DNA of 32,000 nt from an uncultured Opitutales bacterium (lineage in GTDB: Bacteria; Verrucomicrobiota; Verrucomicrobiia; Opitutales; UBA9783), in the NCBI GenBank assembly GCA_934691225.1, contig CAKUSQ010000001.1, forward strand, positions 60,001-92,000, written 5' to 3'. Under the pieces are notes generated by a model. It did not search any database, was not told the DNA's origin, and saw nothing but the letters and a program-made list of their open reading frames with translations. Shown in pieces: positions 17,060 to 24,741 of the stretch; position 1 is the first letter of the stretch; every line of letters starts with the position of its first letter. Made by a program: the position numbers and the translations under genes.

Positions 17060-19723
17060 ATGAAACCAAACGAAATTAGGCAAAGTTTTTTAGATTTTTT
17101 TGTAAGTAAAGGTCACCATATCGTTTCCTCTTGCTCACTTTTGCCTGAAGCTCCTAATTTGTTGTTTACAAATGCTGGAATGAACCCTTTTGTTCCCTAC
17201 TTTTTAGGTGAACGCAAACCTACACACTCAAGAGTAGCCGATACCCAAAAATGTATTCGTGCAGGTGGTAAACATAACGATTTAGAAGAAGTTGGTTTCG
17301 ACACTTATCATCACACATTTTTCGAAATGTTAGGTAATTGGTCTTTTGGTAATTTTTTTAAAAAAGAAGCTATACAATGGGCCTGGGAATTACTAACCAA
17401 GGTTTGGGGATTACCCAAAGAACGTTTGTACGCTACGGTCTACAAACCCGAATGTGGAGATCCTGCACAATTTGACCAGGAAGCTTACGACATTTGGAAG
17501 CAAATTTTTCTGCATGAAGGTTTGGATTATCAAACGCACATTGTTTTTGGAAATAAAAAAGATAATTTTTGGATGATGGGAGATACAGGACCTTGTGGTC
17601 CTTGTTCTGAAATCCACATGGACCTAACGCCTGAAGGCAACACAGAAGGTCGACTTGTTAATCAAGGAAATGTTCGTTGCATTGAAATTTGGAACCTCGT
17701 TTTCATGCAGTACAATGCTCTTCCTAACGGCCAGTTTGAATTGCTAAAAGATAAGTATGTAGATACTGGTATGGGATTTGAACGCATAGCTGGTATTTTT
17801 GAAACGACTAATAATTTTAAAGATTTTTCGAAACTCCCTTCCAATTACGACAGTGACTTGTTCACACCTATATTTAATTGGTTACAAGAAAAATCAGGTC
17901 ATATTTATGGAGGTAAAATAGCGAATGCTGATGAAAAAACGCTTTCACATGATGTTTTACTAGATTGTTCCTTCCGAATTATCGCTGATCATATTCGAAC
18001 ATTGTCCTTTGCTATTGCAGATGGCATACTGCCAGGGAATGAAAGTCGCAATTATGTTTTGAGACGCATCATTCGACGAGCAATACTGTTTGGACAAAAA
18101 TTAAACCTTCCCTGTGGTTTCTTTTCTGAACTTTCTTCGGTTGTCGTTCACACCATGGGGCATTTTTTCCCAGAACTGGTTCAAAATGCAGATACTATCA
18201 AAAAAGTTCTGAAAAAAGAAGAAGAAACGTTTCAAATAACACTTTCGCGTGGTTTGCGTTTATTTGAAAAATGGGCCGAAGAAAATCCAAAGCAACTCTC
18301 AGGAGACAAAGCTTTTTTGCTTTACGATACCTATGGATTTCCTATCGATTTAACGCAACTAATTGCGAAAGAACATGGCATGGAACTCGACTTGCATGGA
18401 TTCGAATCAGCCATGTCTCAGCAAAAAGAACGATCAAAAGCCGCTTCAAAAAAATCTATTGTACAGCTAGCAGATAATTCTGCATCTGCAACTCGTTTTG
18501 TAGGGTACCTTTCTAAAAATTTATCCAATTGGGAAGCTACTATTAAAGCAGTTCACACCTATAACAACCACATTTATATTGAAACGGATACTTCTCCCTT
18601 TTATGGAGAAAAAGGTGGGCAAGCCGGTGATACAGGTTCATTTACACTTGCTAATGGGCAGACAATCGAAATTGTCAATACTATTTGGCTTCAGCAAATT
18701 CTTTTGCATGAAATTAAAAACATAACACTAGAAAATGCTCAGACGTTTATAAACAGCCCTATCACCATGCACGTAAACATCGAACGACGCAAGGCTATTG
18801 CAAGACATCACACAGCCACACATTTGCTTCATTGGGCTTTACGAAAAGTCTTAGGAAATCATGTGCATCAAGCAGGTTCTTCAGTCACAGAAAATGCGCT
18901 GCGCTTTGATTTTTCACATTTTGAAAAAATATCCCAGGAACAACTGCAAACGTTAGAACATTTATGCAACGAAAAAATCTTAGATAACTTACCTATTCAT
19001 ACAGATGAGGTTGATTTTGATAAACGTCCTGCAGAGTGTTTAGCTTTTTTCGAAGAAAAATACGGCGACCGTGTTCGTGTTGTCCATATCGGCGATTACT
19101 CTGTTGAGCTATGCGGTGGTACCCATGCAAGTGCTACCGGCGAATTAGGTCAACTAAAGATTGTACAAGAAACTTCCATCGCTTCAGGTGTTCGACGCAT
19201 TGAAGCCATCGCTGGATGGGCTGCCTATCAATACCATCAAGATATACTTCAAAAGTGCCAACAATTGGAATCGCATTTAGGTTGCCCTCTTGAAAAAATA
19301 TCAGAAAAATATCAGGCTTTAGAAATCAGCAAAAAAACTATCGATGATCTTTACCGTAAAAATCTTCAAAAAAACATGAAATCGTCGGTTGCAAAAACAA
19401 CTGAAATTCAAGGCCTTACTTGCATTCAAATGCAAATGCAAATCGTCGATACGAATACGCTGCGAATTTTATGCAAAACATATTTCACTGAAAACACCCC
19501 TGACATTTTACTAGCTGCCAGCGAATTTGAAGGCAAAGGTATTGTGTTAGTTTTCTGCTCTGAAAACGCAATTAGTAAAGGGAAAACTGCCAATATGATT
19601 CTTCAAAACCTTCTAAAGCCTTTAAACGCTCATGGTGGCGGCAAACCTGATTTTGCTACCGGAGGTGTCAAAGATTTAACAGCACTGAAAAATGTTTGGA
19701 ATGATCTAACATTAAATTTTTAA
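17060..19723 (+). CDS. alaS: Alanine--tRNA ligase
   Basis: This 887-aa protein has [24 protein letters not shown] and [11 protein letters not shown]. The editing-domain motifs [13 protein letters not shown] and CGGTHA are present, along with a C-terminal DHHA1-like [11 protein letters not shown]. Confidence 0.98.
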   Translation: [887 protein letters not shown]

Positions 19724-19726
19724 CGT

Positions 19727-21343
19727 ATGGATGTTGTTGAAGCACTAGGGAATACTGCGAAAAAATATCCCCAAAATATCGGGCTAAAAGTTTCTGTTTG
19801 CAAACCATTCGCCCCTGTCGTTTATTACGAAAAAACATTCAAGGATTTAGATCACGCAGTTAATCTTTTGGCAACTTACTTATTGCTTAAAGGTTTTTCT
19901 AAAGGACTAAAAGTTGTTCTTATGTTACCACCTGGAGAAGATCTGCTTGTAACTGTTTTCGCCATGCTCCGGCTAGGCACAGTTCCTATTGTTATTGATC
20001 CAGGTATGGGGATTAAAAACCTCATCAAATCTGTAAAACAAGTTCAACCTGATTTATTCCTAGGCTGTCCCAAATCGTTTCCTCTTTATTGCCTGCTAAA
20101 ATGGTATGTAAAGTTCAAAAAAGCACTGTTTTTATCCCAAAAGTTAAAAGAAAAATTACTGAAAGAAAATTTTGTTTGCAACCTTCCTAATGAAAACAAT
20201 AAAGATAATTTAGCTGCTGTTTTATTTACATCTGGATCAACAGGGTACCCCAAAGGAGCTGCATATACTTACAATGATTTTAATGAACAAATTAAAGCAT
20301 TAAAAGATACATTCAATATCCTTGAAGGCGAAGTTGATCTACCTTTATTGCCTGTTTTTTCCCTTTACAATCCAGCTTTAGGAATGACAACGGTTGTTCC
20401 TGATATGGACCCATCTCATCCAAGTGAACTAGATCCTCAAAAGATTGTTAACGCTATTTTAAATTATAAAGTAACAAATAGCTTTGGTTCACCCCGATTA
20501 TGGGCTAAAATTGCAGATTTTTGTGAAGAAAACTTCCTCTGTTTCCCTTCCATGAAACGCATTTTTGTAGCTGGTGCTCCTGCACATCCAATCTTATTGA
20601 AACGACTCCAAGATTTGCTCGTTGAAGGTGATGTTTTTATACCTTATGGAGCTACTGAAGCACTCCCTATAACATTTATTTCTGCCAAAGAAGTATTGCG
20701 TGAAACGTACGATAAAACATTAAAAGGATGTGGGACCTGCGTTGGTCATCCCCTTCAAGGTGTAAAAATTTGCATCATTCCTATCTCTGATACGCCTTTA
20801 TCCGCTTTACCAAAACCGCTAGAGTGTGGACAAATCGGAGAAATTGTCGTGTCTGCTCCTTACATCAGCAAAGCTTACCTTAATAATCCTTCTGCAACTT
20901 CTTTTGCTAAAATATTCGATCAAGGCAAGGTTTGGCATCGTATGGGAGATGTAGGTTTTGTAGATGACCAAAATCGTCTTTGGTTCTGTGGAAGAAAAGT
21001 CGAACGTGTACAATGTGAAAAAAGTACATTTTATACCGACTGCTGCGAAGCTATTTTTAACACACACAAGGATGTCTTTCGATCTGCATTAATTGGATTC
21101 AAAGAGGGTGATAAAACAGTTCCAGCCATTGTTATCGAGCCCAATAAAACGCTTGAAAATGAACATGTTGTGTTGAAAGAACTTCGAGCATTGGCTAAAA
21201 TCTATCCAACAACTCAAGCCATAGACCATTTTTGCATTTTTAAAAAATTTCCTGTCGATGTTCGCCATAATGCCAAAATTCATCGTTTATCTTTGGCACA
21301 GTATTTCAATAATCACCCCAAAAAAGTTAAAATTGTTCTTTAA
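19727..21343 (+). CDS. AMP-dependent synthetase/ligase, OleC-like (olefin beta-lactone synthetase family)
   Basis: The AMP-binding motif is LFTSGSTGYPKG. Other matches are YGATE and family-typical VVPDMDPSHPSELDP, FGSPRLW and HRMGDVGFVDDQNRLWFCGRKVERV. The C-terminal FPVDVRHNAKIHR matches the OleC-type signature as I recall it. Confidence 0.7.
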   Translation: MDVVEALGNTAKKYPQNIGLKVSVCKPFAPVVYYEKTFKDLDHAVNLLATYLLLKGFSKGLKVVLMLPPGEDLLVTVFAMLRLGTVPIVIDPGMGIKNLIKSVKQVQPDLFLGCPKSFPLYCLLKWYVKFKKALFLSQKLKEKLLKENFVCNLPNENNKDNLAAVLFTSGSTGYPKGAAYTYNDFNEQIKALKDTFNILEGEVDLPLLPVFSLYNPALGMTTVVPDMDPSHPSELDPQKIVNAILNYKVTNSFGSPRLWAKIADFCEENFLCFPSMKRIFVAGAPAHPILLKRLQDLLVEGDVFIPYGATEALPITFISAKEVLRETYDKTLKGCGTCVGHPLQGVKICIIPISDTPLSALPKPLECGQIGEIVVSAPYISKAYLNNPSATSFAKIFDQGKVWHRMGDVGFVDDQNRLWFCGRKVERVQCEKSTFYTDCCEAIFNTHKDVFRSALIGFKEGDKTVPAIVIEPNKTLENEHVVLKELRALAKIYPTTQAIDHFCIFKKFPVDVRHNAKIHRLSLAQYFNNHPKKVKIVL

Positions 21344-21385
21344 ACCTTTTTATTTTCGGTACAATTTATGCTTCTCAAATGAAGC

Positions 21386-22510
21386 ATGGGCATTAACATA
21401 TCATCAGCGTCTCAAGCAGAACAAATTTATACAGACGCGTCATCTTCATCCGAAAAAGTAATCAGCGGTGAACTGGATAGTCAAGAAGTTCAAACAAGCA
21501 CAGAAGTTGATGCAAGTACCAAAGATGATGAGCTCATGAGCAACATTCAGTCTGAAAAAAATAGTAAAAAAGCCATAAAAAAACAAAAAAATAAAGAACA
21601 AAAAAAGCTTTCCAAAGTTGATCAAACCGACGATTCTAAAAAAGTTAATGAGCAAGATCAACGTAGCAAACGAATTTCTAAACAAACAGAAACTCGACTA
21701 AACCTAATTAACAGCACAACTAATCAAGATCTACAATCGACCATTGAAAAGCGTTCAAATGCACTTTTCTCAGGAAGTGAACAAAAATATAGCGCTTGTT
21801 TTGACACGCTCGATAAATCCAATATGGAACAAAAATTGGACTCCGATGCTGTTGAAAATGCCTTAAAAAAATTTGATGATATTGCCGAACAGCATAACGC
21901 TTTACAAATTATTAAAGATGTTTGGGAACGAAAACTTTCTAATCTAAAAAAATTTTCGCAAGAATTAAAATTTGCTGAAAAACGCGATGATGATCCTGAT
22001 GCATTCAGTAATCACGATTATAGTCAGCTACAAAAACAAATACAGCAACTTGAAAATAGCTTAAACATTCTATCACAAACGCAAGATAAAATTATGCTGA
22101 CAGCCGGCAATCGCATTGAGGACAGTTATAAATTAGCTCCACTTCTTCGCGAAACAACGGCACACTTTACACATGATGTTTCACTTCCACCTAAAGCCTT
22201 TAATGCACTCATTTTAGACCAAATTTTACCCTTAAAAGGTGATATTATCAAAACATTCAACTGTTTAACGCAAGGTTTTATTGAGAACATATCTGATAAT
22301 AATACTAAAGATCGCATCCAGCATTTCAGCGATAACATTTCCATTATAAAACAGTGTTTAAATAACGAATTAAAATGTTGCCCTGATCCTAAAATTGCTA
22401 GTGCTGTTTTAAATGCGTGTAGAAGTGCAGAAAAATTAGAATCTATACATAATTTGCATGAACAAGTTTTAATTCAAGCTTATACGGCTTTCAAAAATTT
22501 AGGGAATTAA
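21386..22510 (+). CDS. Putative type III secretion gatekeeper (SctW; YopN/CopN/HrpJ-like)
   Basis: This 374-aa protein has a Ser-rich start (MGINISSASQAEQIYTDASSSS) and an approx 110-aa K/E/S/Q-rich low-complexity region. A helical body follows, with IMLTAGNRIEDSY...LLRETT resembling YopN IVLGARITPEAY...LRDTY. It lies directly upstream of TyeA-like and SycN-like genes. Confidence 0.55.
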   Translation: MGINISSASQAEQIYTDASSSSEKVISGELDSQEVQTSTEVDASTKDDELMSNIQSEKNSKKAIKKQKNKEQKKLSKVDQTDDSKKVNEQDQRSKRISKQTETRLNLINSTTNQDLQSTIEKRSNALFSGSEQKYSACFDTLDKSNMEQKLDSDAVENALKKFDDIAEQHNALQIIKDVWERKLSNLKKFSQELKFAEKRDDDPDAFSNHDYSQLQKQIQQLENSLNILSQTQDKIMLTAGNRIEDSYKLAPLLRETTAHFTHDVSLPPKAFNALILDQILPLKGDIIKTFNCLTQGFIENISDNNTKDRIQHFSDNISIIKQCLNNELKCCPDPKIASAVLNACRSAEKLESIHNLHEQVLIQAYTAFKNLGN

Positions 22511-22511
22511 T

Positions 22512-22790
22512 ATGTTTCAAGAAAATCAAATACAAGATCTTGCATATTATTTAACAAAAATATTTATGCAGTGCATTCTTAAAGAGTATTTTGGTACAGA
22601 GCAACTAGAACAGGTAATTAAACATCTAGACTTCAAAACCCAGGAACAACAAATCTACTTTTTAACGCAACTCACTGTTTTACTGCGTAAATATCCCGAT
22701 TCAATTTTTTCAACTCCCGATGTTCGCACAAATTTCATTAATGTTGTGCAAGAATGTTTAGACGCAAGAATCCTCGAAGAAAATAACTAA
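22512..22790 (+). CDS. TyeA-like protein (C-terminal partner of a split T3SS gatekeeper)
   Basis: It is 92 aa, the same length as Yersinia TyeA. FLTQLTVLLRKYPDSIFSTPDVRTNFINVVQECLD parallels TyeA [35 protein letters not shown], recalled from memory. The gene starts 1 nt after the upstream stop. Confidence 0.6.
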   Translation: MFQENQIQDLAYYLTKIFMQCILKEYFGTEQLEQVIKHLDFKTQEQQIYFLTQLTVLLRKYPDSIFSTPDVRTNFINVVQECLDARILEENN

Positions 22791-22792
22791 TC

Positions 22793-23161
22793 ATGTTTAT
22801 CGATACAGAAATACAGCAATTTGGAAATACGATTGGCATCCCTAATTTACATTTGAATGAGAATGGTTGCTTAAAATTCTTGATGCAACAAAATCGAACC
22901 ATTTATATTGAAAAAGCAAACGAATTTGTTTTTTTCTTCATCATAAAATCTTATGAACTTACTCCCCTGCCATACCAACTTTACGCAAAAACTTTAACGT
23001 TATGTTCACAGCAGCAAGGTTATCCATTTGCTATACAAGCTATCGCCAAAACGGATCACGATATTGGATTTTTAACAAAAATTCATGATAATGAATGCGA
23101 TCAACCAACTATTTACAAACTTTTTAAATTTCTTCTAAATCTTGTAGAAAAACTAGAATGA
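22793..23161 (+). CDS. Class I type III secretion chaperone (SycN/CesT-like)
   Basis: It is 122 aa, against 123 aa for SycN. EIQQFGNTIGIPNLHLNENGCLKFLMQQNRTIYIE fits the chaperone N-terminal pattern (xxLGLPxLxLdxxGxCxLxxdxxxxvxLE). KTLTLCSQQQ parallels SycN KALTLTAPQK. The gene starts 2 nt after the tyeA-like stop. Confidence 0.6.
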   Translation: MFIDTEIQQFGNTIGIPNLHLNENGCLKFLMQQNRTIYIEKANEFVFFFIIKSYELTPLPYQLYAKTLTLCSQQQGYPFAIQAIAKTDHDIGFLTKIHDNECDQPTIYKLFKFLLNLVEKLE

Positions 23162-23169
23162 TATTATTA

Positions 23170-23577
23170 TCATTTAAGTGTCACATTTTCATAATGGTTT
23201 AACTGCACAATTTTTCCATGCTCATCCCAAGCAATCGATACCACATCGAAACGGTAAACCCTTATATAACGGTGTGCCTTTAAGTATGCTTCAATTGCAA
23301 TTTTTATGGCACTTCGCTTATGTTTATCCACTGTATCATAACCACTTCTTAACTGCAAGGTACTCCTACCGCGCACTTCAACAAAAGCAAAACATCCTTG
23401 CTTATAAACAACGATATCTAATTCATAACGTCCTGAACGCCAATTTTTGTCAACAATTTTGTAACCTGCTTTTTTAAAAAATTTAACAGCGGTTTTCTCT
23501 CCCAACCTCCCTCGACGCACATTCACATTTGTGAACCTACGCCACCATAGCTTACATTTTCTTAAAAACCCAAACAA
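23170..23577 (-). CDS. YraN-family endonuclease (UPF0102)
   Basis: GRLGEKTAVKFFKKAGYKIVDKNWRSGRYELDIVVYKQGCFAFVEVRGR matches the YraN signature GxxGExxAxxxLxxxGyxIxxxNxRxxxGEiDiI...vFVEVKxR. The true start may be downstream of 23577. Confidence 0.85.
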   Translation of the reverse strand: MFGFLRKCKLWWRRFTNVNVRRGRLGEKTAVKFFKKAGYKIVDKNWRSGRYELDIVVYKQGCFAFVEVRGRSTLQLRSGYDTVDKHKRSAIKIAIEAYLKAHRYIRVYRFDVVSIAWDEHGKIVQLNHYENVTLK

Positions 23578-23592
23578 AAAATAACCTACTAA

Positions 23593-24399
23593 TTAACGAC
23601 GAACCTTCAATTCACCACGAACATGTTTAAATAGTCCCCAGAAAACATATGATAAAGATAAAATAGCAAACGATAATGCTTCAAATGTAAAAACAATAAC
23701 ACAAATGCTAACAATGAATACAAAGGCCTTAACTTTCGTCTCTGTGGTCCAATCAACATGTTTAAAACTTGGATAACGAACATTGCTCACCATCAGCCAT
23801 GCAATCAGTAACATTAAAATAGGTAATACAAGCGACCAAGCTTTTAAATCAAAACGATTGATCACCAAAACCAATGCTGCGATAACGCTAGCTGCTGCTG
23901 GAATAGGCAGTCCAATAAAACAGTTAGCATCACTTAAAGATTGCCGTTGCGATGCTGGTAAAAGCGGGTGTGTAATCACATTAAAGCGTGCTAAGCGAAC
24001 TGCACCACAAAGGAGATAAATAAATCCCACAATCCAACCTATTTTTCTAAAAAATGGATAATTATTGGTAGGCGACAAAATGAGAAAAAACACCATCATA
24101 GCTGGTGCTAAACCAAAAGAAACAACGTCAGCAATTGAATCAAATTCTTTCCCAAATAAAGATTCTCTGCCTCCTAATCGAGCAACTCTACCATCTAAAC
24201 TATCACATACACACGCACCTAAAATACACCAAACCGCTTGATTATAAAACTCAAGTGCTGGTTCAGCTTCTGCACAATATTTCGCTTGAATACAACGAAT
24301 AATGCATAAAAATCCAAAAAATAAATTTCCAGCCGTAAAAATATTAGGTAACAAATATATTTTTGCTAACGGCGTCTCTGTTGTTTCATTTACTTTCAT
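23593..24399 (-). CDS. pssA: CDP-diacylglycerol--serine O-phosphatidyltransferase
   Basis: The CDP-alcohol phosphatidyltransferase motif is DSLDGRVARLGGRESLFGKEFDSIADVV. The protein is multi-TM and 268 aa. Confidence 0.9.
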   Translation of the reverse strand: MKVNETTETPLAKIYLLPNIFTAGNLFFGFLCIIRCIQAKYCAEAEPALEFYNQAVWCILGACVCDSLDGRVARLGGRESLFGKEFDSIADVVSFGLAPAMMVFFLILSPTNNYPFFRKIGWIVGFIYLLCGAVRLARFNVITHPLLPASQRQSLSDANCFIGLPIPAAASVIAALVLVINRFDLKAWSLVLPILMLLIAWLMVSNVRYPSFKHVDWTTETKVKAFVFIVSICVIVFTFEALSFAILSLSYVFWGLFKHVRGELKVRR

Positions 24400-24402
24400 A
24401 AA

Positions 24403-24741
24403 CTATTTTTTCAAATTTTCCAAATATTGCCAAAAACGATTATCCTTTTCAATCGCCTCTTCATTAAAAGGCAGTTTAAAACGAAATAAAAAATCATTCC
24501 AAGTATGCTTTGGTAATAAATAATGAATTACAAATGTACCTTCTGACAAACATTCAAAATAAATTCTAAAATCATTCCAAGGTAATCGATAAAACGTTTT
24601 ATCACCACGAATAATTTTACCGAAATTTGTTGATTTTTCGAAATCAAATCCTCCTAAAAAATCAATCAACTGCATCTGTTGCTCCTGCGACATATGCTGA
24701 AGAACGACATTACTTTGTGTACTAAAAGTCAATTGATGCAT
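24403..24741 (-). CDS. Small RelE/ParE-fold (toxin-like) protein with C-terminal extension
   Basis: HQLTFSTQSNVVLQHMSQEQQMQLIDFL...GKIIRGDKTFYRLPWNDFRIYFECLSEGTFVIHYLLPKH mirrors the RelE/ParE profile (ykiefskkAekdLkkLpkeiqerI...sKkLkGskdlYRlRvGDYRiiYeiddeklvilvlrvgHR). The start lies 20 nt inside the upstream gene. Confidence 0.4.
   Translation of the reverse strand: MHQLTFSTQSNVVLQHMSQEQQMQLIDFLGGFDFEKSTNFGKIIRGDKTFYRLPWNDFRIYFECLSEGTFVIHYLLPKHTWNDFLFRFKLPFNEEAIEKDNRFWQYLENLKK

Noticed and set aside
19425-19448. A short tandem repeat CAAATG x about 2.5 inside alaS.
   Set aside because: It is in-frame (IQMQMQ), too short to be a meaningful repeat element, and lies within a conserved gene.
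23149-23180. Possible dif/Xer recombination site at the point where the + strand block meets the - strand block. The sequence CTAGAATgATATTAT resembles part of the Bacillus dif sequence ACTTCCTAGAATATATATTATGTAAACT.
   Set aside because: Only the left half matches. The central spacing is off by one, and the XerD-arm consensus (TTATGTAAACT/TTATGTTAAAT) is not present. The window has several other strand switches, so this need not be the terminus. In AT-rich DNA such partial matches are expected by chance.
23178-23477. Antisense or shadow ORFs from the six-frame track. Examples are 23178-23477, 28803-29102, 7503-7778, 8361-8636, 4787-5041, 16263-16547, 20819-21067, 21446-21685, 27379-27653 and 24105-24523.
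   Set aside because: Each lies entirely within a longer ORF on the opposite strand or in another frame that has clear family motifs. Their translations are low-complexity with no recognisable domains.
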